Shown in pieces: positions 15,359-24,000 of a stretch of 64,000 bases of DNA. A program made the translations under genes and the position numbers. The notes below the pieces were generated by a model that saw only the letters and a program-made list of their open reading frames with translations, did no database searches and was not told the origin of the DNA. The DNA is from a virus. Position 1 is the first letter of the stretch. The number at the start of each line of letters is the position of its first letter. Location of the stretch: IMG/VR virus record IMGVR_UViG_3300043409_001318, positions 64,001 through 128,000 of that record; one strand, 5' to 3'.

Positions 15359-16329
15359 ACAGGAATGTCGGAAGGCTTTGAAGTTCTTGTTGGTCTTTCG
15401 TTTGGATCGGCTGGTGTTAAAGCGGTTATATCTGATCTTGAATCAAGATAATTAATAACTGCTTTTAATACAAGCATAAGCATGTTTACGTCTGCTAATG
15501 CATCGTGCCAACCTTTATTTACAATGTCAAAGGCATCAATTAATTTACCAAGGGAAACGGTAAAGTATGGAGCACCAGCTTTATTTACTGCTGAGAGTTT
15601 AGTTAATAAACGCTTATCTTTCTCTGATAGATTTTTTCCTTGTTCTTCATCAGCTTTAAATTGTTTTAAGGCTGGTGTAATAAACATTTTGAATACTGGT
15701 ACTGTATCTAAAACAGCATCGTCAAGAACTGGAATTCCATATCTTTGGTGCATTTCATTAAGGTATCCAACATCGAACGGAGCATTTTGAGCTACCAATA
15801 TTCTATCTGGGTATTGTTGTACAAATTCATTAAATTTTGTTAGTGCTTCTTCCATAGATTCAAAACGAAATTCTGGTGCTATACCTTTTTTCATTCTTTT
15901 CTTTGGATCTTGTGAAACACCATAACCTGTCATAGAAAAGATTTGTGGAATAGTCATAAATGAGCTTTTCTCACCAGCAGCAGCTCTTTCTGCTTGCTTT
16001 TTCTTTTCCCAACCCATAAATCCTTTTGTTCTGTCGGATAAATTAATTTTAATATTAATTTGACCTATGATTTGTGGTTCTTGACCTTCTTCAAATCCTT
16101 TTGGATCAACAGCAATAGCAGCTAATTGTGTGATTTGATTGTAATCTTTTTCTGGTTTAAGACCTGTTGTTTCTGTATCAAAGAAAATCCAAGTTTTGTT
16201 TCTTGCACTTTCAACATTATTTCTAAATTCTGGAAAACTTCCACCAATTTCATCTCTGGTCATAGTTCTTTCATTAACGACTTTTTTAAACCCTCTCCAG
16301 CTTTCCATAATCAAACCAAAATTTTTCAT
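15355..16329 (-). CDS. DEDDh 3'-5' exonuclease (DnaQ/epsilon-like) with LIMESW leader
   Basis: FFDTETTG, AQNAPFD, HDALAD; the only credible minus-strand gene, preceded by CTAATTA on its own strand. Confidence 0.85.
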   Translation of the reverse strand: MKNFGLIMESWRGFKKVVNERTMTRDEIGGSFPEFRNNVESARNKTWIFFDTETTGLKPEKDYNQITQLAAIAVDPKGFEEGQEPQIIGQINIKINLSDRTKGFMGWEKKKQAERAAAGEKSSFMTIPQIFSMTGYGVSQDPKKRMKKGIAPEFRFESMEEALTKFNEFVQQYPDRILVAQNAPFDVGYLNEMHQRYGIPVLDDAVLDTVPVFKMFITPALKQFKADEEQGKNLSEKDKRLLTKLSAVNKAGAPYFTVSLGKLIDAFDIVNKGWHDALADVNMLMLVLKAVINYLDSRSDITALTPADPNERPTRTSKPSDIPV

Positions 16330-16351
16330 TTATAAACCCTCACTTTATTGG

Positions 16352-16375
16352 TAATTAGTATTTAAAAACTAATTA
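16352..16375. promoter_or_regulatory. Back-to-back divergent late-promoter-like motifs CTAATTA
   Basis: TAATTAG at 16352-16358 (minus strand) and CTAATTA at 16369-16375 (plus strand), between divergent genes. Confidence 0.65.
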
Positions 16376-16380
16376 GATAT

Positions 16381-16815
16381 ATGAACACAAAAAAATGGTA
16401 TAAATTTCTTCGCGAACAACAAGAAGAAGAAAAAGAAAATGGTATAGCATTAACAAAAAACGAAGAAGACATTAATGCTGACCCAATTGAAAAACATTCT
16501 GGATTAGATCCAATTGTTACAGATGATATTTCTGTATTTCAACTTGTTGTTAAAGCAGAATTTCGTAAAGGATCAAAAGTTCTTCTTACACAATTCAAAG
16601 ATATTATTAGAGGTATTGTTTCTGTTACTACAGTTGGAACGGAAGATCTTCCAGATGCCTCCGAAATGTATGATAGAAGGAATCTTAATGTTAAATTTGA
16701 ATTAGAACGTGGTGAGAATATCGATGAATATATGAGAGCCGTTCTTATTCCTCAATTAAGAAAGATTAGAGGTATGAGAGTTCTACATTACGGAAAAATA
16801 GAAAAAGTAAGATAG
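16381..16815 (+). CDS. Hypothetical protein with KKWYKFLRE leader
   Basis: ORF track; promoter motif at 16369. Confidence 0.7.
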   Translation: MNTKKWYKFLREQQEEEKENGIALTKNEEDINADPIEKHSGLDPIVTDDISVFQLVVKAEFRKGSKVLLTQFKDIIRGIVSVTTVGTEDLPDASEMYDRRNLNVKFELERGENIDEYMRAVLIPQLRKIRGMRVLHYGKIEKVR

Positions 16816-16844
16816 TTGACAGAATTGGTATTTATGTATATAAT
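16816..16844 (+). promoter_or_regulatory. Consensus sigma70 promoter
   Basis: TTGACA-N17-TATAAT. Confidence 0.8.
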
Positions 16845-16859
16845 ATCTTAGGTATCTAA

Positions 16860-17159
16860 ATGGCCGAGACAAAGAAATTAAAAATTCCTGCTGAAAAATT
16901 AGCTACTGCTGCTAATATTGATGCTTTATTAAAAACTCAAAAGAAAATAAAAGAATTATATTCTTATGAAATGATTATTGGCGAAGGTTATGGACATTAT
17001 TATAGTCCAGAAGAAAGAACTTTTGTAAAAATAAGAAAAGGAAGATTAGTTATTCGTTTGTCAGAGGACACCGATAAGAAAGGAAGATATCTTATCTACG
17101 CGGAGAACCAAAAAATATTGGTTCCAAAAGAAGAAATAATAGACATAGGATATCACTAA
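16860..17159 (+). CDS. Hypothetical protein
   Basis: ORF track, downstream of the sigma70 promoter. Confidence 0.7.
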   Translation: MAETKKLKIPAEKLATAANIDALLKTQKKIKELYSYEMIIGEGYGHYYSPEERTFVKIRKGRLVIRLSEDTDKKGRYLIYAENQKILVPKEEIIDIGYH

Positions 17160-17632
17160 TGAAAAAAGAACGTTGGTTTTCTGGCGATTACAAAGAAACA
17201 AATTTAGAAGAAATATTTGCTGATATTACAAATCACTCCAAGAATAAAGGAAAGATTTATATTGGATCTGACTCATACGTCCAAAAACAAAATTGTGTGT
17301 TTTGTTGTGCGATTGTTCTTCACGGAGCAGAAGGTCAAAGTGGTGGAAGATATTATTATCATAGGTTTTTAACTCATAAGAATAATTTTCCTTCTATGAC
17401 AGCAAGAATTACTCATGAAGTTCAAAAGTCAATTGAGATTGGAATGCAAGTTGGTCAAGAATGTCCTAATGTAAAAGTAGAACTTCATTTAGATATTAAT
17501 AATGATAAAAGAATGTCTAGTCAAAAAATGGCAGAATCTATGACAGGATGGGTTAAAGGACTTGGATTTGATTGTAAGATAAAACCAGAATCTTGGGCTT
17601 CATCAAAGATAGCAGATATACACACCAAATAA
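17159..17632 (+). CDS. RNase H-like protein, YkuK/DUF458 family
   Basis: IYIGSDS, EVQKSIE, ELHLDIN, IKPESWASSKIAD. Confidence 0.8.
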   Translation: MKKERWFSGDYKETNLEEIFADITNHSKNKGKIYIGSDSYVQKQNCVFCCAIVLHGAEGQSGGRYYYHRFLTHKNNFPSMTARITHEVQKSIEIGMQVGQECPNVKVELHLDINNDKRMSSQKMAESMTGWVKGLGFDCKIKPESWASSKIADIHTK

Positions 17633-17643
17633 AAAAAGATTTT

Positions 17644-17678
17644 CCCCTTAACTATTTAATGTAGTTAGGGGGTTTTTC
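17644..17678 (+). terminator. Terminator hairpin overlapping a CTATTTA promoter motif
   Basis: CCCCTTAACTA-TTTAATG-TAGTTAGGGG followed by TTTTTCTT. Confidence 0.6.
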
Positions 17679-17948
17679 TTGTTTGAAAAAGATAATATTT
17701 TTGGTGGTTCACTTGTTTCTAAATTTGATGTTGGTGATATAGTTTCTTGGCCTGTAATTAAAAATTATTATGACCAAGATGCAGACACTGTAATTAAAAT
17801 TGGTATATTAGCAGAACTAAAAAAAGTAATAAGATCTGAAAGACCTGTTATGCTTGCTAAGGTTCTTGATTTAGAAGCAGGAGTAGAAAAAGAAATATTA
17901 CTTGTTTCTATTAGTTTAGTATCAAAAGCAAAAGAAAATAGAGTTTAG
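17679..17948 (+). CDS. Small 'DVGDIV' SH3/KOW-like protein
   Basis: KFDVGDIVSW; TTG start is uncertain. Confidence 0.55.
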   Translation: MFEKDNIFGGSLVSKFDVGDIVSWPVIKNYYDQDADTVIKIGILAELKKVIRSERPVMLAKVLDLEAGVEKEILLVSISLVSKAKENRV

Positions 17949-17964
17949 AGGACTATTTAATATT

Positions 17965-19851
17965 ATGAAATTTATGCTAAATAAACAAACTGGTGTCTTT
18001 ATTTTAAGAGAAGATATATTTGATAGAATCTCTCGTCAAGCTAAGGCTGAGGTCGGATCAGAAATAGCTAGTGAAAATGCCGCTGCTTCTGATAGAGCTG
18101 CGGCATTTTTAAAATCAATTGATAGGGTTAGAGATAATTATATCAAACAACTTTATGAGAAAAAAGAAACTGATAAACCTTCTTATTTAACTATTATTCC
18201 TTTGTTGGTTGATAAAGCCACTTCTAATAATTTAATAAACGAAATTAAAAAAAGTATTGATAAAGTTAACGCTGAATGTACACCATTTTTTACTGATATA
18301 AGAGATAAAAAACAAGTTGATTATAATAAACTTATTAATGCGTTACAGATAAATCTTAAAGGTACAGTTGCAAGATTAGTATTAGAAGCCATATCTGGAC
18401 CACCATTACAAACAGAAGTAATATTTCAATCAATTATAAAAAATTATATTGCTTTTTTAATAAACGAAACTTTATTAAAAGATTTATCTGATGAAGATAA
18501 AAAAAATGTTTTTGGAAATGAGGAAAATTTTAAAAAATTTCAACAAATTTTTAGTAAAATGTTAATGGCAACAGATGAAGAAATTAAAGTTTATCAAGTT
18601 TCTCTTCAAAAATATAATATAGCAAAAGATAAATTAAAAACAAAAAGTCCAGAAGAAGCAAAAGAAGAAGAAGATACAAAAAGAGCAGAAAAAAAAGAAC
18701 AAGATGAACTTAGACTATATTTAACAGGAAAGAATAAAGAATTAGCCCGTTTTGTTCGTATATATGGTATTCTTTCAAGAACAGAGGGCATAGGTGATCA
18801 AGATAAACATCAACAGGTTATTGACGACTTTGAATCATATATTGATGAATTTTCTGATTTAATTGATAGTAATGAAAAACTTGATAAAGAAGGATCAAAA
18901 GATCGGATGGAACTGATATTAAATTCTATAGAGATGAAATATGGTTCTCTTAAAGATGAGCTTAAAGAATTAAATGCAGCAAAAGCAGTAAAAGAATCAA
19001 AAACTCTCAAAGAATATAGAGAAGAAATTAACAATCTTCTTATTCCTCACATGCAGAAACAACTTGGTTTTAATCATCCTCCAACAATTAATTTTGCTGA
19101 TGATCAAGGAAACGCACAAGATATGTTTGGAAAAACAGCATATTATAATCCAAGCACAAGCGAAATAACCGTTTATATAACCAATAGACACCCAAAAGAT
19201 ATCATGCGTTCTGTTGCTCACGAAGTAATACACCACGCACAGAACCAAAGAGGAGAGTTTGAGAACTCATTTAATCTTGGTGAAGAAGGTTACGCACAAA
19301 ACAATTCCCATTTAAGAAGTATGGAAGAAGAAGCTTATTTAAGCGGAAACATGATATTTAGAGATTGGGAAGATCAATTTAAAAAACAAAGGAACCAAAA
19401 AACTATGGTAAACGAAAATAATTTAAGAGCCAAGATAAGATCTATGATTGTTGAAGAAATCGCCAATCAAACCGAGAACAAGCCAGCCAAAGAACATGAT
19501 AGTAATTGCGAATGTGAAGATTGTAGTAAGAAAAGAACATTCTTAAAGAATAAGGGTGTTAAAAACATAGCTGAGAAAGTTGAAAAAGAAATTATGCCAC
19601 TTAAAGAATGGAGAAATATGGAATTAAACTCATTACTTCTTCATAGATTTGGTCTTGTTTCTCCACAAGTTTTAGGTGAGAAGAAAAAAATGCCTATGAA
19701 AAAAGATATAGAAGATGCCGATGGTGATGGGGATACAAATGAAAAAGTACCAGCTTTCTTGAAAAAAGGAAGTGCTAAAAAAACTCCAACCAAGAAAGGT
19801 AAAGTCCCACCACAATTTTTAAAAGGTAAGAAAAAAGATGAAAGCAAGTAA
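17965..19851 (+). CDS. Large putative virion protein with coiled region and zincin metallopeptidase motif
   Basis: HPKDIMRSVAHEVIHHAQ (HExxH), EEEAY; CTATTTA at 17953. Confidence 0.65.
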   Translation: MKFMLNKQTGVFILREDIFDRISRQAKAEVGSEIASENAAASDRAAAFLKSIDRVRDNYIKQLYEKKETDKPSYLTIIPLLVDKATSNNLINEIKKSIDKVNAECTPFFTDIRDKKQVDYNKLINALQINLKGTVARLVLEAISGPPLQTEVIFQSIIKNYIAFLINETLLKDLSDEDKKNVFGNEENFKKFQQIFSKMLMATDEEIKVYQVSLQKYNIAKDKLKTKSPEEAKEEEDTKRAEKKEQDELRLYLTGKNKELARFVRIYGILSRTEGIGDQDKHQQVIDDFESYIDEFSDLIDSNEKLDKEGSKDRMELILNSIEMKYGSLKDELKELNAAKAVKESKTLKEYREEINNLLIPHMQKQLGFNHPPTINFADDQGNAQDMFGKTAYYNPSTSEITVYITNRHPKDIMRSVAHEVIHHAQNQRGEFENSFNLGEEGYAQNNSHLRSMEEEAYLSGNMIFRDWEDQFKKQRNQKTMVNENNLRAKIRSMIVEEIANQTENKPAKEHDSNCECEDCSKKRTFLKNKGVKNIAEKVEKEIMPLKEWRNMELNSLLLHRFGLVSPQVLGEKKKMPMKKDIEDADGDGDTNEKVPAFLKKGSAKKTPTKKGKVPPQFLKGKKKDESK

Positions 19852-20068
19852 ATTTTTAAGATTAAGATCTAAATTAGAAAAAGCTTCTAATATAATTACA
19901 GAAGCTACAAAAGAAATAATTATTGTAGTAGAACAAGCAGTTAAAGAAGTAGAGAAAGTTGTAGAAGAAGAAATAAAAGAAGAAGTAGTAGAAGCAACAT
20001 CAATTATACAATCTGTAGTTGAAGAAGTCAAGCCAACAATAAAAAAGAAAGTGGGAAAAGATGCCTAA
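19838..20068 (+). CDS. Small Glu/Val-rich hypothetical protein
   Basis: ORF track; overlaps both neighbours. Confidence 0.55.
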   Translation: MKASKFLRLRSKLEKASNIITEATKEIIIVVEQAVKEVEKVVEEEIKEEVVEATSIIQSVVEEVKPTIKKKVGKDA

Positions 20069-20351
20069 CACTAATTTATTAGATAATATTACATGGAATT
20101 TTATTAAAGAAAGCGCACAACCAAGCGTTAGATCTTATATTCTTTCAATAGAAGAAAAATTAAAGTCTCTTAAACCATCTACTACTTCGGACGGTGATAG
20201 AGTTGCTACCGCTCTAAGAGACTTGAAAGAAGTAAAGAAGCATGTTAATAGAATAGAAGAAGAATTAGAACAAGAGAAGAACGATCATAAGGATCTTAAG
20301 TTTAGATATGAGAAGTTAAAGTCTAAAGCAAAAGCATCTAAGGAAGAATAA
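20061..20351 (+). CDS. Small coiled-coil hypothetical protein
   Basis: ORF track. Confidence 0.65.
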   Translation: MPNTNLLDNITWNFIKESAQPSVRSYILSIEEKLKSLKPSTTSDGDRVATALRDLKEVKKHVNRIEEELEQEKNDHKDLKFRYEKLKSKAKASKEE

Positions 20352-20352
20352 C

Positions 20353-22362
20353 ATGGGTCTAAGCAGCATACCACACGTTTATGATGATAAAGAATTAAAG
20401 TATGAAGAAGTAGTAGAAATACTTACAAAAGCTGCTAATGGTAGAATTCAAGGAACTGAAAAAACAGATGGTCTTAATTTGTTTCTTGGTTATAAAGATG
20501 GTCAACCAAAAGCAGCAAGAAACTTTACTGAAATAAGCCAAGGTGGTTTAGATGCTGAAGCTTTTGCTGATAGAGAATTTAAAGCTGATGATCACATAAA
20601 AGAAATATTTAGAGCAGCTTTTAATGCTTTCTCTAATGTTGTTAAACACTTAAATCAAGAACAAATTAATATTTTGTTTGGAACTAATGGAAATACATTT
20701 TTAAATTGTGAGATTATCTCTGGTAAAACAAATGTTATTACATATGATACACAAGTTATATTAATTCATCGTTCTGGTCACAAAGAATTTAATACTGCAA
20801 CTGGGAAAGTTGAGTCAGTTAGAGAAGATAAACAAAAAGCAATTTCTATTATGATAAGTAACTTTAATGAAGTTATGCAGCAAATGTTAAACGGAACAGA
20901 ATTTAAAGTTCAGCAAGATAGATTAGAAAGACTACCAGCATTAGAAGACCAATCAACATTAGCCAATACAATTCAAAAACTAAAACAAGCTGGTTTTAAA
21001 GAAGGTATGACTATTAATGATTACCTCTTACGAAAGTCTCTTGCATATGTTAAAGAGAAACTACCATCCTTAAATAATGAAATAACAATAGAAGTAGCAA
21101 AGAAGATAGTTGGAACAAAAGGAGCAGATAGTATTACTGTTCTTAAAAGTTATGTTAATCAAAATCCTAAATTTGTTGAAGAATTACAAAATTTAGTAAA
21201 AAGAAAAGAAGAAATAGTTGATGAAATTACTTTTCCTATTGAAGATGCTATACATGATTTTACTGTAGAAATATTAAGTAAGTTAAATTCACAATTCGTT
21301 CAAGATAAAGAAAAGTCAACAGAAGTAATAAAACAAGAATTAGCAAAGAAAGTAAAAGAATTACAAAACTATAATGGACCAGATAGAGAAAAGGTACATA
21401 ATAAATTAAAGAAACAATTATTAAAGTTAAAACATATAGATAAGATATCAAGTCCAACTGAAGGATTTGTTTTTAATTATAATAGTAAGATGTATAAGTT
21501 TACTGGTAATTTTGCTCCAGTAAATCAAATAAGAAATATGAAGATTAACCAAGAAACAGATACTTCTGGTGCTTCAAGTATGAACTTTAATCTTAAAGAG
21601 AATAAATCTAAAATTGGTATATTTCCGGGTTCTTTTAGACCACCACATAAAGGTCATTTAGATCTTATTAAAAAAGCCTTACCAAATTACTCTAAAATAA
21701 TTATATTAGTCTCTCAACCAGAAAAGAATATGAGATCAGATATTTCAGCAGAACAATCAAAACAAATATTTGATGAATATACAAGAGGTCTTCCAGTAGA
21801 AACAAGAACTTGTGGTAAAAGTTCTCCATATGTAGAAGCTGCTGATATGATTAAAAGTGGAGAAGGTAATGTTGTGTTAACTTCCGACAAAGAACCAACA
21901 AAATTTGATAAGTTTAATTTTCCAAAAGAAGTTATACATGCAGAACATAATATTAGCGCAAGTCAAATGAGAAACATTATTGGATCTGAAAAAACAAGAG
22001 AAGAAAAGAAAGCAGAATTATTAGGATATTTACCAGAGAAAATTGATAGTGAAATAATCTTCAATGTGTTATTAAATCAAGAAGATCCTATTTCGTTACA
22101 AGAGATATTTTCAATGATAGAAAACTTACCAATAAAAGAAAATAATTCTTCTTCAAATACATTGAAAATGGAAGATATATTTGGTATATTAGATGAAATG
22201 TCTGGTGCTGCTGTTGGTTCCAGTATGTCTGCTGGTGCGGTTGAAGGGGCATCTATGCTTACGTCTAAACCACAAAGAAAAAAGAAAAAAACAAGAACTT
22301 ATACACTTGAAGAGATAATTAATATGTCTAACAATTATCTAAAGGAATCTAAAAATGATTAA
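20353..22362 (+). CDS. Fusion protein: N-terminal ligase-type nucleotidyltransferase-like (EKxDG) domain plus C-terminal HxGH cytidylyltransferase-like domain
   Basis: TEKTDGLN and EGFVF...KFTG; PGSFRPPHKGH and ISASQMR. Confidence 0.65.
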   Translation: MGLSSIPHVYDDKELKYEEVVEILTKAANGRIQGTEKTDGLNLFLGYKDGQPKAARNFTEISQGGLDAEAFADREFKADDHIKEIFRAAFNAFSNVVKHLNQEQINILFGTNGNTFLNCEIISGKTNVITYDTQVILIHRSGHKEFNTATGKVESVREDKQKAISIMISNFNEVMQQMLNGTEFKVQQDRLERLPALEDQSTLANTIQKLKQAGFKEGMTINDYLLRKSLAYVKEKLPSLNNEITIEVAKKIVGTKGADSITVLKSYVNQNPKFVEELQNLVKRKEEIVDEITFPIEDAIHDFTVEILSKLNSQFVQDKEKSTEVIKQELAKKVKELQNYNGPDREKVHNKLKKQLLKLKHIDKISSPTEGFVFNYNSKMYKFTGNFAPVNQIRNMKINQETDTSGASSMNFNLKENKSKIGIFPGSFRPPHKGHLDLIKKALPNYSKIIILVSQPEKNMRSDISAEQSKQIFDEYTRGLPVETRTCGKSSPYVEAADMIKSGEGNVVLTSDKEPTKFDKFNFPKEVIHAEHNISASQMRNIIGSEKTREEKKAELLGYLPEKIDSEIIFNVLLNQEDPISLQEIFSMIENLPIKENNSSSNTLKMEDIFGILDEMSGAAVGSSMSAGAVEGASMLTSKPQRKKKKTRTYTLEEIINMSNNYLKESKND

Positions 22363-23107
22363 CGAGAAAGAAGCAGTAAGATTGTATATTAGAAAAGCAA
22401 TACAATTATATAAAGAAAGCAAAAAACAACAAGAAATTTTAGAAGAAACAAAATTAAGACAACTTGTTCGTGGTCTTATCTTAAGAGAAGTAGCAGAGGA
22501 CCAACCAAAGCACGCTTCAACTGGTATTAACGTTCTTGAAGATCTATTAAAAAAAATTATTCCAGTTCTTCAAGCAGACTTCAAAATGATTACAACCTCC
22601 GAACAACAAAGAAAATCATTTAGAGCACATTTAGTTAATGCTATTCAAAATTCATTATCACCAGAATTAATGTATGTTCTTTCCGACAAAGAAAAAGAAC
22701 AACTTAAAGAAGCAGCAACAATTAAGGTAGATGATCCAGATATGGAAAAATTTATTGATATTGAAGAACCAGTAGACGAACCAGAAGAAGAAGTTTCACC
22801 AGAAGAACAATTTTCAAAAGGACTTGAAGATCAAAACTTAGATACAACTGGTAGAAATATGGCTATGGATACTTTTAACAAGGTTGAAAAAGGTATTCTA
22901 AGTGCTTATGAACTTCTTGACGACGCAAAAGATAGAGAGTTGTTCTACGATTATCTTATTACAAATATGAAATTATACTTTGATAAATTTGAAGAAGAAA
23001 TGAACCCATCTGGTATTACTGAACCAACCACACCAGAATACGAAGCAGAGAAAGATCGTAAAGAAGCAGAAGATACAGGAACAGCACAAACTCCAGAAGG
23101 TCTTTGA
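22355..23107 (+). CDS. Acidic putative head/structural protein
   Basis: EETKLRQLVRGLILRE motif; ORF track. Confidence 0.6.
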   Translation: MINEKEAVRLYIRKAIQLYKESKKQQEILEETKLRQLVRGLILREVAEDQPKHASTGINVLEDLLKKIIPVLQADFKMITTSEQQRKSFRAHLVNAIQNSLSPELMYVLSDKEKEQLKEAATIKVDDPDMEKFIDIEEPVDEPEEEVSPEEQFSKGLEDQNLDTTGRNMAMDTFNKVEKGILSAYELLDDAKDRELFYDYLITNMKLYFDKFEEEMNPSGITEPTTPEYEAEKDRKEAEDTGTAQTPEGL

Positions 23108-23496
23108 TGCATTGGAAGAGAAAAAGTAAACAAAATTTAAATGGCGTTTATTCAAAACATTCTCTTTCAAAAAAGTTAAAAGAAGAAGGTAAGTCGTCCG
23201 ATGAATTTGAAGTATGGGTTGGACGGCTTACCATTGAAGAGTTAATAGCACTTAAGCTTGAAGTTTCAGCCAGAATATTAGGTGGTAAACTTTATGGTTT
23301 TAATTTATGGTCTGCTATGCCTAAAATCGCTAAGGACGCAGCATTAATGTTTGCTATTTCTTCTTCTAATACAATTGAAGAAGCAGCAACACTTTTAAAC
23401 ATGCATACTCTTCGTTATTTAAGCATTCTTGATATTTACAAAACCGATAAATATTTTGGTATTGTTAAAAGAAGCTTGACGAGCAAAAAAGAATAG
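23104..23496 (+). CDS. Hypothetical protein (possible C-terminal helix-turn-helix)
   Basis: ORF track; TIEEAATLLNM. Confidence 0.6.
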   Translation: MMHWKRKSKQNLNGVYSKHSLSKKLKEEGKSSDEFEVWVGRLTIEELIALKLEVSARILGGKLYGFNLWSAMPKIAKDAALMFAISSSNTIEEAATLLNMHTLRYLSILDIYKTDKYFGIVKRSLTSKKE

Positions 23497-23525
23497 ATTA
23501 CATTACTTCCATCGTTGGAGGTCGT

Positions 23526-23690
23526 ATGGCTAGTCAATTAGATAAAACAAAATACAAAAATAAGATTGCCGAAGTTGAAGCAGAAGCTCAATTAGAAGAT
23601 CTTGATTATCTTGAAGAAAAGAAAAAACGACTTAATAGAAAAGAACTTTACATGAAGGAAGGAAAAGATGAGTCACAAAGCACCACATAG
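23526..23690 (+). CDS. Small hypothetical protein (54 aa)
   Basis: Own translation MASQLDKTKY...ESQSTT; GGAGG SD; TTGACG-N17-TACATT promoter at 23476. Confidence 0.6.
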   Translation: MASQLDKTKYKNKIAEVEAEAQLEDLDYLEEKKKRLNRKELYMKEGKDESQSTT

Positions 23691-23751
23691 TCATGGTAGA
23701 CGTAGACGTAAGTTGGGTTCAAAAAAGCGTAGAGCAAGACGTAATAAATAA
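23668..23751 (+). CDS. 27-aa highly basic peptide
   Basis: MSHKAPHSHGRRRRKLGSKKRRARRNK; AAGGAAGG SD. Confidence 0.5.
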   Translation: MSHKAPHSHGRRRRKLGSKKRRARRNK

Positions 23752-23784
23752 CAATAACTTTACCTCTATTTATTATATGGAGGT

Positions 23785-24000
23785 ATGATAATGATTTTTG
23801 AAATTGAATTATTAAGAGTTGGAAGTAAAATATTATACAATGCTTATAAAAAAGATAGGCTTGGTGTAGAATATGCTTGTGCTGCTGATTTACAAAGTGA
23901 AGAAGCAGCAGTAAATATAATAAGAAATAAATGGAAGCATAATGGTCCTATAAGAGTAATTGGACCAGATAACGAAATTAAAACAATAGGTGGTTTATAA
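23785..24000 (+). CDS. Small hypothetical protein
   Basis: GGAGGT SD; CTATTTA at 23766. Confidence 0.65.
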   Translation: MIMIFEIELLRVGSKILYNAYKKDRLGVEYACAADLQSEEAAVNIIRNKWKHNGPIRVIGPDNEIKTIGGL

